IMG/VR virus record: IMGVR_UViG_3300022592_000004
Coordinates: 1-63,735 of that record
Origin: a virus
Lineage: Duplodnaviria > Caudoviricetes
Strand: one strand, 5' to 3'
Length of the DNA: 63,735 nt
Made by a program: the position numbers and the translations under genes. Numbering within the stretch: the stretch's first letter is position 1; every line of letters starts with the position of its first letter. Under the pieces are notes generated by a model, which saw only the letters and a program-made list of their open reading frames with translations, ran no database searches and had not been told where the DNA came from. This document shows, piece by piece, positions 10,863 through 20,468 of the stretch.

Positions 10863-11869
10863 CGAGAACAATATTCGAACCCTTTATGACTTATGCCAAA
10901 AAGATCGAGGCCGCCACAAAGTTCGGAAATCTCCTGGAACCCGGGGACGATCGCGATCGCATGTTCAAGAGGTATTCCAAGATTGTGCATCCGGATGTCG
11001 CGCCGGAGCCGCTCAAGGAGAGGGCTGAGGTCGTGTTCGCGAGACTGAACCAGCTCTACAGCGAAGAAACGAAGCCTCCCATTGTGCACCCGGTTGTAAT
11101 TGCTGGCTATGTCGTGATGGGGCCGCTCTCCAAAGGGGATATCGCAGATCTCTATGAGGCCCAGCACGCCGCCGGCGGAAGATTCGTGCTGAAGATTTCC
11201 AGGAGTCCGAAGGATAACGACCTCATGGATCGAGAGGCCGCGGCGCTCAAGGTTCTGCGTCCACCAAAGCCGAGTGTCAATGACATCGACTTTTTCAAAT
11301 ATATTCCAGAACTCCACGCCTCAACAAAAGCATCCGGCCGCCGCGTCAATGTGATCAGCGAGGCCGTGGATTGCATCAGCCTCAAGGAGATCGTTGCGTG
11401 TCAGGACGGAATAGGCGACTTCCGCCACATCGTGTGGATGGGGAATCGCGCCTTGAGCGCTCTTGGATATCTCCACCGGCAGGGCGTGATCCACGGTGCG
11501 GTGCTGCCACCGCACCTGATGTATCGGCCTGCAGACCACGGGTTTCAGTTGGTCGACTACTGCTACTCGTGCCAGGTCGAGAACAATGAGAAAGTGCCGG
11601 CGATGGCCAAGGAATATCAGGATTGGTACGCGCCGGAGATCATCAAGAAGAGGCCGGCTTCGGCCGCGACGGACATCTTCATGCTGATGACGACATTGAA
11701 AAAAGTCGCCAACAACATGCCAACTCGATTTCGGGATCTTATTACCTGGTGCACAGCAGGTTCGCCGGCCTCCAGGCCGGGCGACGCCTGGTTTGTCCAG
11801 GATAAGTGGGCGACCCTGGCGAAAGAAGAGTATGGGAAGCCCAAGTTCGTGCCGTTCACACTTAAATAA
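10859..11869 (+). CDS. J-domain (HPD) plus protein-kinase-like fold, probably a pseudokinase
   Basis: YSKIVHPD; KGDIADLY, VLKIS, LHRQGVIHGAVLPPHL (no HRD Asp), LVDY, YAPE. Confidence 0.8.
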   Translation: MTRTIFEPFMTYAKKIEAATKFGNLLEPGDDRDRMFKRYSKIVHPDVAPEPLKERAEVVFARLNQLYSEETKPPIVHPVVIAGYVVMGPLSKGDIADLYEAQHAAGGRFVLKISRSPKDNDLMDREAAALKVLRPPKPSVNDIDFFKYIPELHASTKASGRRVNVISEAVDCISLKEIVACQDGIGDFRHIVWMGNRALSALGYLHRQGVIHGAVLPPHLMYRPADHGFQLVDYCYSCQVENNEKVPAMAKEYQDWYAPEIIKKRPASAATDIFMLMTTLKKVANNMPTRFRDLITWCTAGSPASRPGDAWFVQDKWATLAKEEYGKPKFVPFTLK

Positions 11870-11885
11870 CGAAAGGAAATCACCC

Positions 11886-12923
11886 ATGGGTGGAAGTAGC
11901 TATTCAAAACACGATTACGACAGCCGAAGCAGCATGCGGTCGAGCCATGCCGCGATTCACCACATGTCCATCGATGACGCGACATTTGCCCACAGCCGCG
12001 ACATCAAGGACGGGACGATCGCCGCGAAAGTCCACGCAAGTCTGGATCCGAAGGGCGTGAAGATCCGCGAGGCTCGGGACTCAGACAAGCATCCGGTCAG
12101 CGTTCCGGTTGCGATCCTTTGTGACACGACCGGATCGATGGGCGGCGTTCCGAAGATCATCCAGAAGGAACTCTCCCACCTGATGGGCTGCTTCCTGGAT
12201 GACAAGGCGTCCGGCAAGAAATATCTCGGCGAGGGATATCCGGCGATTCTCATCGGCGCCGTCGACGACTACGACGCCATGGCTCACTTTGGCCATAATG
12301 GAACGTTGCAGGTCGGGCAGTTCGAGTCCGGAATCGAGATCGATGACAATCTCACCAACCTCTGGATCACCGCCATGGGCGGAGGAACCTACGACGAGGA
12401 CTATGAGCTCGGCCTCTATTTCATGGCCCGGCACACGGCTCACGATCACTTCGAAAAGCGCGGCCGCAAGGGATACATCTTCATGATCGGCGACGAACAC
12501 GCCTATCGGAGGCTTCGCAAGGCCGTGGTGGCGGACATCATCGGCGACACCCTTCAGGAAGACATGACCCTCGAGGAGATCCTGAAGGAAGCCCAGGAGC
12601 GCTACCATGTGTTCATGATCATTCCGAACATGACCAGCTACTACAACGATCCGGAACTGGAAAAGTGGTGGGTCGGTCATCTCGGACAGCAAAACGTGAT
12701 CAAACTCGCGGATCCGGAGAAGATCTGCCAGTGTATCGTTTCGGCCGTGGCGATCTGCGAGGAATACGTCGGTCTCGACGAACTCGTCGCGGACGGCGTG
12801 GCTGACAAGAACGTCTCGGGTGCACTGGTGCACCTGGCCAAGGCGGCCGGAGACATCAGCAGGTATTCCGCGGACGGTCTGCCGGCGGTCGCGGGCGCTC
12901 CGGGAGGAGTCGATCGCCTATGA
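11886..12923 (+). CDS. vWA-domain protein
   Basis: MIDAS DTTGSM; LQVGQFES, GGG and FMIGDE motifs. Confidence 0.8.
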   Translation: MGGSSYSKHDYDSRSSMRSSHAAIHHMSIDDATFAHSRDIKDGTIAAKVHASLDPKGVKIREARDSDKHPVSVPVAILCDTTGSMGGVPKIIQKELSHLMGCFLDDKASGKKYLGEGYPAILIGAVDDYDAMAHFGHNGTLQVGQFESGIEIDDNLTNLWITAMGGGTYDEDYELGLYFMARHTAHDHFEKRGRKGYIFMIGDEHAYRRLRKAVVADIIGDTLQEDMTLEEILKEAQERYHVFMIIPNMTSYYNDPELEKWWVGHLGQQNVIKLADPEKICQCIVSAVAICEEYVGLDELVADGVADKNVSGALVHLAKAAGDISRYSADGLPAVAGAPGGVDRL

Positions 12924-13258
12924 AAGTCAGGAAAAGGCCCGTCATCATCGATGCCGAGGAATTCGTTCTCGGGAAGGTTCCGCGACCGGATGGCGTTGAG
13001 GCCGTTTTGGTGTCCAGGCAGAACGAGCACATCTGCCTGGGGAGATATACCAAGGATACGGATCCGAACGCCTTTGACGCCGACGTAGCATTTGGGGTCT
13101 TCACCAGCGATGGGTGGAAGACCATCCACAGTGGAGACTTTGTCATGACAGGAGAAAAGGGTGACAAACGGGTCTGCACACGCCAAGTCTTTGAGGAAAT
13201 CTTCGAGATCGTGTCAGATGATGGAATAGACGGTCCGCCGTTCAACTGCGATCACTGA
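12920..13258 (+). CDS. phage protein of the RKKPVxIxA type
   Basis: MKVRKRPVIIDAEEF...GDFVMTGEKG...FEEIFE. Confidence 0.6.
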   Translation: MKVRKRPVIIDAEEFVLGKVPRPDGVEAVLVSRQNEHICLGRYTKDTDPNAFDADVAFGVFTSDGWKTIHSGDFVMTGEKGDKRVCTRQVFEEIFEIVSDDGIDGPPFNCDH

Positions 13259-13265
13259 GGAAAAG

Positions 13266-14597
13266 ATGAGAGCGTTTCTGGTTGCTGGTCTGGCCTTTGG
13301 GGACGAGGGCAAGGGATCGATGGTGGATTTCCTCGTCCGCCATTACGGCGCCAAGCTTGTCGTGCGCTATAATGGTGGACCGCAGGCGGCTCATAACGTG
13401 GTGACCCCTGACGGCCAGCACCACACCTTTTCGCAATTCGGGTCCGGCAGCTTTGTTCCCGAGTGCCGGACCCTTCTCTACAAAACAATGCTCGTGGATC
13501 CCTATGCGATGCTCAACGAGGCGGAAGTCTGGGCCAAGAACCATCCTGAACTTCCCGGCCTACTCGGGCGGATCACGGTCGATCCGGGCTGTGTTGTGAT
13601 CACGCCCTGGCATGCGATGGCGAACAGAATTAAGGAAGAAGCGCTTGGAACCGCAAGGCACGGGTCCTGCGGGCTGGGGATAGGCGAATCTCGATCCGAT
13701 CAGGAAAACGGACTGTGGTTTCAGGTTTCCGACATTTTCTCCGATGCCGGCACATCGACGAGACTGCTCGCGGCGATAAAGGGGAAAAAGATTGAGGAGA
13801 TGCGCGAGCTCTCGAATGAGACCGATTATGGGCGCAAGATGCTTCGGCGGATGAAGGATGTCGATCCCCACGAATTGCTGTTCTTCTATCGTGAGAAATG
13901 GGCCCCAAGGATACAACTCGCAAACGTGATGGATTTTCTGCGAGGGTCTTGGCATGAGACCGTTGTGTTCGAGGGGTCGCAGGGAGTTCTCATAGATCAG
14001 GATCTTGGGTTTTTCCCCTACGTGACCTGGACGGACTGCACATTTGGAAACCTGCGCATTCTCCTTGCCTGCATCGCCAGATACGCTGAACTCGAGGTTG
14101 TTAAGATCGGCGTCACCCGGGCCTATTTCGTGCGCCATGGTCCTGGCCCGTTCATAACCGAGACGAGCAGCCACGGGTATCCCGAGAGGTATAATGCGAA
14201 CGGCCCGTGGCAGGGCCCCGTGCGGAAGGGGGATATTGATTTCGTCGCCCTGCGGTATGCGCTCAAGGCGATTGGCGGCGTGGATCGGCTTGCCCTGACG
14301 CACATGGATTCGATCAACAAATACGGGACCCAATATTGCGACGGGTATCGAGCGGAGCATATGGGTTCTCTGATCAAGGACATTGCCGGCGTTCAGCTGA
14401 CCATGCTCGATCAGTTCCAGCCTCACCTAAAATCCACCGTCAACATGGTCGAAACCGCCGAAGAGCAACTCGGAGTTCGAGTGGGCTACACATCATGGGG
14501 GCCAACCGCAAATGACAAATTGGTTGCGAAATCTGTTGAAGAAGAAATACTCTCCGTACCAGTGGGCACGAACTCACATGAGAAAAGTCGAGTGTGA
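13266..14597 (+). CDS. adenylosuccinate synthetase-like protein (divergent PurA family)
   Basis: GDEGKG, RYNGGPQAAHNV, HGSCGLGIGE, FEGSQGVLID, PYVT, RHGPGPF. Confidence 0.85.
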   Translation: MRAFLVAGLAFGDEGKGSMVDFLVRHYGAKLVVRYNGGPQAAHNVVTPDGQHHTFSQFGSGSFVPECRTLLYKTMLVDPYAMLNEAEVWAKNHPELPGLLGRITVDPGCVVITPWHAMANRIKEEALGTARHGSCGLGIGESRSDQENGLWFQVSDIFSDAGTSTRLLAAIKGKKIEEMRELSNETDYGRKMLRRMKDVDPHELLFFYREKWAPRIQLANVMDFLRGSWHETVVFEGSQGVLIDQDLGFFPYVTWTDCTFGNLRILLACIARYAELEVVKIGVTRAYFVRHGPGPFITETSSHGYPERYNANGPWQGPVRKGDIDFVALRYALKAIGGVDRLALTHMDSINKYGTQYCDGYRAEHMGSLIKDIAGVQLTMLDQFQPHLKSTVNMVETAEEQLGVRVGYTSWGPTANDKLVAKSVEEEILSVPVGTNSHEKSRV

Positions 14598-15509
14598 CAC
14601 ATTCGGTTTGGCAATTGACCGCGAAAATATGAAGGTCATGATGAAGTTCAGCGAGAACATAAGCCTGCTGACCATGGATCCGGACGAGGCGCAAAGGCTC
14701 GGAGTTGCCATAATCTACGCCGCGGAGAGTCTCAAACATATGCAGGCAGGAGAACCCAGTGGCCAAAAGTCACCGTAACAACGCGAGAGCCGGGGAGAAG
14801 ATAGCATCGGTCGCCTACAGGAATAAGGAGCTGAGAAGGTCGAAAAAGGACTACGTGGGACCGTGGACCGTGACCTTCAAATGCGCTAAGATCGTTTTCA
14901 TCAGCATGGCAGGCAGCTCAGAGGTTCGGGACGTCGCCATGGACCTCCATTCGATGAGCAACTGCAAGTTGCCCGGGTGTCATCCGACGACCTTCAAACA
15001 GGAGAAATAGGAATGCCGTTCCCGAAGGATGAAAAGGAACTGGACGCGGCGGGCTATAAATTTCTGTTTTCCACTCAATGCCGGTCCTGCAGGGCGCCGA
15101 TCGAGATGTGGGAGACTCCCAACGGAAAGAAGATCCCTCTCAACGATGACTACACGGCCCACTTCAGCAACTGTCCCGACGCCGACAAATTTAGAAAGCC
15201 GCGAGGTAAATCATGAGTGAAGAGATGCCTACGATCCAAATCGAGATGCGCGTGATCGAGCACATGCGCCAGACGATGATGGCGCACTTAATTACCCACC
15301 ACGCGGAGATCGACAAGCACATTTCGGCGGTAATCGAGCACTTTAATTACAAGAGGGCTGTAGAGCAGGAAACAATAAGATGTCTTGATTCCCAGATGCG
15401 AAAATCGGTAGAGTGGGCCGTATCCGAGGTCTTCTACGACAAAAAGGTCGGGGAAGCCCTCAAGGCCGCGGTCCTTGAAGTCCTCCAAAGGAGGGCAGAA
15501 AGCGAGTAA
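14512..15509 (+). CDS. small hypothetical genes (14512/14578-14778, 14759-15010, 15013-15216 Zn-binding, 15213-15509)
   Basis: packed ORFs; the 15013 ORF has CRSC...HFSNCPDA. Confidence 0.55.
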
Positions 15510-15511
15510 TC

Positions 15512-15994
15512 ATGGCAGCCGAATATCAGAAGTCAGATCGTCTCAAAAACCTTGGCGAGGATTTGGTCGCCCTGAATCATCCGCATCTTTCCACGGCCAA
15601 GATAGCGTACCTCATGAAAGAGGCGCCCGAGGATTCCACCGGACCGAAGACGCCGGCGAGGCTCGGCAAGCATCCGAAGATGGCAAGCGCCAGGACAGTC
15701 CCGCCTCTCTACCGGGCCCTGTATCCCTACGACTTCATCATCGACGTCGACGAGGTCTACTGGGACATTCTGGACCTCGACCAGCAGAACGCGCTCATGG
15801 ACCACGAGCTCAGCTACTGTGCCATGGATGACAAGGGCTGGTACATCAAGGATCACGACGTTGAGGAGTTCATCGCGATCATTCAACGCCATGGATGCTG
15901 GAACAACAACCTCCAGGCTTTGAGAGACGCGTACCAGATGATCCTTCCGTTTGACCAGAAATCTGCTGACGCGCCGACCGGGCAGATCCAGTAA
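15512..15994 (+). CDS. putative phage metallopeptidase-family protein
   Basis: YDFII...LMDHELSYC...HDVEEF.AIIQRHG. Confidence 0.75.
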   Translation: MAAEYQKSDRLKNLGEDLVALNHPHLSTAKIAYLMKEAPEDSTGPKTPARLGKHPKMASARTVPPLYRALYPYDFIIDVDEVYWDILDLDQQNALMDHELSYCAMDDKGWYIKDHDVEEFIAIIQRHGCWNNNLQALRDAYQMILPFDQKSADAPTGQIQ

Positions 15995-16003
15995 GGAGGA
16001 TAA

Positions 16004-16910
16004 ATGGCGGTCCAACAATGCCCGAAATGTGCCATCCTGCAGGATGTAAGCCGTAACATGTCTGGGAAACTTGCCGTTCCCGGTGATGTTTTCATCTGTC
16101 CGAGCTGTGGCGGAATTCTTTCCTTTACGCTCACCCTCTCCGTCAGAAGCTTCACCTCGGAGGAGATTCGCCGCCTCGAGGCAGATGACCCGATGACCTA
16201 TGCGCACATAAAAGACAAATCGGATCAGGCTCTCGACGAAGCCACCAAACCGGAACGGCAATCGAGAAATACCGCAGATGCCAGACGAGGGGTGAGAAAT
16301 GCTACCTGAATCCGGGCCGCCGTGGGAGCTCTATCACAGACTATGGACCACCGCAGTTGGAACAGAGGGTTACGATAAACGAGGTTGGCAACTTCTTGGG
16401 GAACTGCTCTTCAGGTTCCAGTCATATAGTCTAATCCAGGAGATCAAGGGTCACCTGGAAGAAGTAGAGAGGAGGGCCAGAGATGCCAAGCGAGGAAAGA
16501 TGGGTAATACCCAGAAAGAGGATCCCAACGCATGCGTTCAAGATGGTGTGGCCGGCGGCAGTCCTTTGGCTTTACCTGGATCGATACCATGCGCCGGCGT
16601 GGCTGATGGGAGTTCTGGGAACACTGGTGGGGATGACGTTCGTGGGACTCCTGACGCAAATGTTCCGAGAAAGGAGCAGGGAGATCCTGTTCAGGCCGGA
16701 CAGTCAGGAGGAGATCCAGGGTCGGCGCTTCCCGGATTCTTGGAAGAAAAACAAGATCAGCACGTAACCCACGGGGGATGCATGCACTTGGTGCTTGACA
16801 AGGTGGTCCAGAACCTGGATGGGATCGTGAGATACCGTTGCTATATCTGCGGGTCGCTGTTCACAATCCAGCCCTCCTCGCCGATCACGGAGGCTGAGCA
16901 CCATGGCTGA
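16004..16910 (+). CDS. two hypothetical genes (16004-16309 Zn-finger; 16299-16910)
   Basis: CPKC...CPSC; GGAGG RBS; second ORF less certain. Confidence 0.5.
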
Positions 16911-17172
16911 CTGGATGCCGGTTTACGCGAGTTCAAATGTCATCGCGATTCGCTACCACGAGCCCAGCAGGGAGTGCTTCGTGAAGTTCACGGACGGCAC
17001 CGTCTACGTTTATGAGGACGTCCCCAAGGAAGTGTGGGATGATCTCGTACATGCTGGATCCAAGGGCCGCTACGTCAACATCGTGCTGAAGCGCGGCTAC
17101 AAATATCATCGCGCCACGGATGCACCGCAGAAGGAGCCGGATAGTGGGAGTGAAACTGGCGGTATCGGCTGA
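16903..17172 (+). CDS. KTSC-domain protein
   Basis: SSNVIAIRY...F.DG.VY.Y.DVP...L..AGSKGRY. Confidence 0.85.
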   Translation: MADWMPVYASSNVIAIRYHEPSRECFVKFTDGTVYVYEDVPKEVWDDLVHAGSKGRYVNIVLKRGYKYHRATDAPQKEPDSGSETGGIG

Positions 17173-18675
17173 AGAGATCGATGCGGTCAATGAGGTTCTC
17201 CACAACTTCGAAAGAGAGCTGGGAGAGACTGCAGCCGGCAAGATACGACTTCTTGGGATTCTGTTGGGCGTTCCCAATCCGGAAGGATCCTATGGGGTGC
17301 TCGCAGTCAAATCCAACCGCATGAATGACGAGGAATTCACCAACATTGTCAGGGGAACCGGGGAATGGATGTTCCAGAAGTCAGTCCAGTAAGAGTTTCC
17401 ACGTATGCCTGTCCCACTGGAGGAACCGATATGGTTGTGCACATCGAGGATTCCCTGTTTCGTGAGCAGAGCGTGGCAATTAGGCTTGTTGAAGAGGCCG
17501 TGCGTGAGGTTGTCAAACGCTGGGTCGATGAGAACTATACCGAGGTCGTGAAGGGAATGGATCAGCAGGCGATCGCAAATCTTGCTGTGGCCGATGCTGC
17601 CGCTGCTGTCGGCAAGGCAATTAGGGAGAAAATCCCAGACAAAGTTCTCCACGTCGAAGGGCCCGGCGCGGTATACCAACGTGGGATCTTGGGAGGTCTG
17701 AGAAAGATTCGATGAGCGACACCGTACCTCCACTGTCAGATGCAACACCTCCGTTCCCCCAATGCCCGGATTGCGGCCTGGAGTTTCAACCAGGGCATCT
17801 GTGTAAGGAAAGCATGATCGAGGAGATCTCGAGGATGCGTGCCGCCTTCCAGATCTCCGTGGGTACACTCGCCCGGGTCAGAAACGCAACCATGATGTGG
17901 CGCCGCGGGCAGGAAACTGAAAAGCTGCGCGAGGTGTCGTTGATGGTGAAAAAGGCGCTCGCCGATATCGAGGAACTGATCTGCAAGGAACAGAAAGGCA
18001 AGATACTCCCGGATGATCTTAGTCTTTAAGTTTGTGGTTGTTGGTCAGATAAAGGAGAAGTGATGGCAAAGACAGTTCCAAGTTTCGGCACAATCCACGC
18101 GGCTACCAGGATCGGATACAAATGGGCCCCCGATTTGCGGCTCTTTGTTCGCGTCACCCAGGTTGGCGCGTTTTATAAAGTTGAGATCCAGCCTCCAACC
18201 TTCGATGCCCGGATAGGGGTCCAGGTTGTGACAGTCGGCGATGCGGTCACGCATGCCAGTAGAGTCTCTCTTTGGCACGGCCAGGAGGGGATTCTCGGGT
18301 ACATGCCGGTGCTCAATAAATACATGGGGAAATCGACGCCGCACACCTTCTATATGGACGACGACGGTTTGGAACTCCCGCCGGAGATAGGCGGAGCTGC
18401 CGACCGGAAAACGGCTCCGATCGCCGACCTCAAGATCGCGGAGCCTCCCAAGGAGAACTGACATGTCCTGCTGCGGCCAGGCGCGACGCGCCGTATCCCT
18501 ACACAACAGATACGTGACCTATGTCCATCTCACTACCGGGAAGCTCTCCGTCCATGGAGGCGTGACCGGAAGCACCTACGTGTTTGACGGCCCCGGCGCC
18601 AGAGTGAGGATTGATATACGAGACGAGTCTGGCATTGTCCACCTCCTTTCGACGGCTCTCAAGAAGGTAGACTAA
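17120..18675 (+). CDS. hypothetical genes (17120-17392, 17431-17715, 17712-18029, 18063-18461, 18463-18675)
   Basis: packed ORFs with RBSs. Confidence 0.55.
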
Positions 18676-18686
18676 ATAACTTTCTG

Positions 18687-18715
18687 TTGACAAGGTTACT
18701 CTACTGTGACAGCAT
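18687..18715 (+). promoter_or_regulatory. promoter upstream of the solitary CRISPR-like repeat
   Basis: TTGACA at 18687, followed by TACTGT at 9 nt or TG-a-CAGCAT at 17 nt. Confidence 0.6.
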
Positions 18716-18721
18716 AGAGCA

Positions 18722-18757
18722 GTCGTCGCCTGCGTGGGCGTGGGCGTGGATTGAAAC
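18722..18757 (+). CRISPR. solitary type I-C-like CRISPR repeat unit (not an array)
   Basis: GTCG...CGCCT-GCGT-GGGCG hairpin...GCGTGGATTGAAAC; one copy and no cas genes. Confidence 0.65.
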
Positions 18758-18777
18758 AAACAAACAAGCAAACAAAC
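18754..18777 (+). repeat. AAAC microrepeat
   Basis: AAACAAACAAACAAGCAAACAAAC. Confidence 0.85.
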
Positions 18778-18787
18778 GGGAAAGCGT

Positions 18788-19018
18788 ATGCAAGTAAGTT
18801 TTCGCTTCAACAGCCGCCGCGTTCAGATTGTCCTCGAGCCGACGAACCTGATCGACGAGTCCAATCTGGCAACCGCGTGCATGTTCGGCTCTAAACCAAT
18901 GGGAATCAAACTGGGCTCCGGGAAAGAGGTCATCATCGAATCGGAGCTGATCGCCGGGGAAAATGAGAAAGATAAGGAAACCAGGGCCACCCAACGCGGA
19001 CAAGACGCACTGTCCTAA
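18788..19018 (+). CDS. hypothetical protein
   Basis: 76 aa ORF after the repeat. Confidence 0.5.
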   Translation: MQVSFRFNSRRVQIVLEPTNLIDESNLATACMFGSKPMGIKLGSGKEVIIESELIAGENEKDKETRATQRGQDALS

Positions 19019-19199
19019 AGGGCATGCCTACGAGGGAGACAATGTTCTCACGTATGCCTCGAAGACTGGACAGGTCAGGAGGGTCTGTCGCACGTGCGCC
19101 CTAAAAAAAGCGCGGCAGTATTACAAAACGATCAAAAAAGCCAAACATCCGCGGAAGCCTGGCAGGCCTCGCAAGGATGTATTGAAAAAGAGAGGATAG
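18963..19199 (+). CDS. small Zn-binding basic protein (HNH-associated type module)
   Basis: NADKTHCPKGHAY...RVCRTC. Confidence 0.65.
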   Translation: MRKIRKPGPPNADKTHCPKGHAYEGDNVLTYASKTGQVRRVCRTCALKKARQYYKTIKKAKHPRKPGRPRKDVLKKRG

Positions 19200-19201
19200 C
19201 C

Positions 19202-19633
19202 ATGCGAAGTTTCCACGCCATAGAGCCCGATCATTTGTTTGTTTTCCACACGAGGCGGGATATGCCTCCCCGGAAGGGCGAGATCGGCAATGATGTCAAG
19301 CTGCGCGGATCCAGGGCAGCGACCGTAGTGATCGTGATCTGGGGGAATGAGATGGCCTACGGAATTGCGAGGTGCCAGTGGTGTCTGTCGTTCAATCGCA
19401 AGCTGGCTCGGGAAGTCGCGATCGGGAGAGCTAAGCAGGTTCTGGGGGCATCGGCCTGCGCGGTGGATTGGCTCAAGCAGGGGTTGCGTCCATTCGATAC
19501 GGAGATCAAGGATCCGAAGGCGGTCTTCCAGGTAGCCAGGAAGTTCGCCATAGATCTTGTGAGCCGGATCAGTCTTCGAGCCGATCAGGAAGGCTATTCG
19601 GAGGCAGACGCAGATTTTTGCTTGACAGGGTAA
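19202..19633 (+). CDS. hypothetical phage protein
   Basis: YGIARC...FNRKLAREVAIGRA motif; GAGGA RBS. Confidence 0.6.
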   Translation: MRSFHAIEPDHLFVFHTRRDMPPRKGEIGNDVKLRGSRAATVVIVIWGNEMAYGIARCQWCLSFNRKLAREVAIGRAKQVLGASACAVDWLKQGLRPFDTEIKDPKAVFQVARKFAIDLVSRISLRADQEGYSEADADFCLTG

Positions 19634-19650
19634 AAACCGGCGCATAGAGT
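19622..19650 (+). promoter_or_regulatory. sigma70-type promoter, possibly driving the RNA island
   Basis: TTGACA-17-TAGAGT. Confidence 0.65.
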
Positions 19651-19669
19651 AAGGCGCGAGGGTATCTAT

Positions 19670-20089
19670 ATGGACACCGTTCTGGGATCGGAAATGACGA
19701 CAAAACTGGCGGCGATCAGGTATGAACTAAACCTGAAATGCGGCAAGGTCGAATCGTTGATTGCCGAGATTGACAAGGTTCTCGGGAACGGATCAGAGGA
19801 AACCCAAACACCTACCTCAATTCCCGGTAGCCCATTTCAGGCCGCCGTCGAGCCCGGTCGGACACATTCTAAGCGGGACAGCATCATTCAGCAGGCGCTG
19901 CGTCAATTGCAGCGCGGACCATACGGCACCCGAGACCTGCTCAACGCACTCGCCCAAGAAGGTTATCCGATCAAGGGAAAGCGCCCGATACAAACCCTCT
20001 ACGGCATTCTTCACAAGGACATGAAGAGCGCCAAGCCGAGGGTGAAGCGCTCCAAAGATGGGCTCTGGCAGGAAATCAGAAATAATTAA
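19670..20089 (+). CDS. putative winged-helix DNA-binding protein
   Basis: C-terminal GPYGTRDLLNAL...LYGILHKD...GLW resembles HARE-HTH-like domains. Confidence 0.5.
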   Translation: MDTVLGSEMTTKLAAIRYELNLKCGKVESLIAEIDKVLGNGSEETQTPTSIPGSPFQAAVEPGRTHSKRDSIIQQALRQLQRGPYGTRDLLNALAQEGYPIKGKRPIQTLYGILHKDMKSAKPRVKRSKDGLWQEIRNN

Positions 20090-20093
20090 GATC

Positions 20094-20222
20094 GTTCCCT
20101 GGCACTGAACAGCTTACATGTTAGCTCATTTGGTAGAGCAACAGCTTTTCAAGCTGTGTGTGACCAGTTCGATTCTGGTACATATCCCCGAAAGGGGAAA
20201 CGCTGATCGACTTCCAGGGAAC
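20094..20222 (+). ncRNA. Y RNA-like unit 1; cargo is an unpermuted tRNA body (anticodon UUC) plus a GAAA hairpin
   Basis: stem GTTCCCTGG/CCAGGGAAC, CACTG, TACATG, CGACTT; D arm GCTC/GAGC, ACAGC-TTTTCAA-GCTGT, ACCAG-TTCGATT-CTGGT; no CCA. Confidence 0.75.
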
Positions 20223-20231
20223 ATAAAGTTT

Positions 20232-20319
20232 GGAGGAATGGCCGAGGGGTTGAAGGCGATGGTCCTGAAAACCATTATGGGGTGACTCATCGTGGGTTCA
20301 AATCCTACTTCCTCCGCCA
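20232..20319 (+). tRNA. tRNA-Ser(UGA)
   Basis: GGAGGAA/TTCCTCC acceptor, long variable arm, G73-CCA; loop CCTGAAA (C33). Confidence 0.85.
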
Positions 20320-20321
20320 AT

Positions 20322-20451
20322 CTTGGCGTCTACTGGAGTGCTTACATGGACTTGTAATCCAGAGGTTGGGAGTTCGAGTCTCTCACGGGACCTCGGTTCC
20401 GTTAGCTCAATTGGTAGAGCGCTTAGTTTAGCGCTCCGACTTGGCGCCAAG
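20322..20451 (+). ncRNA. Y RNA-like unit 2; permuted tRNA-Thr(UGU) mimic
   Basis: stem CTTGGCGTC/GGCGCCAAG; order anticodon arm (CTTGTAA), T arm, closed acceptor ACGGGAC-CTCG-GTTCCGT, D arm. Confidence 0.8.
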
Positions 20452-20468
20452 TAAATTCGAGGGTAAAC

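Noticed and set aside
13266-14597. PurZ (2-aminoadenine genome) call
   Set aside because: The motif is GDEGKG with the PurA Asp retained, whereas PurZ has Ser there; no dATPase or MazZ-like partner is recognisable in the window.
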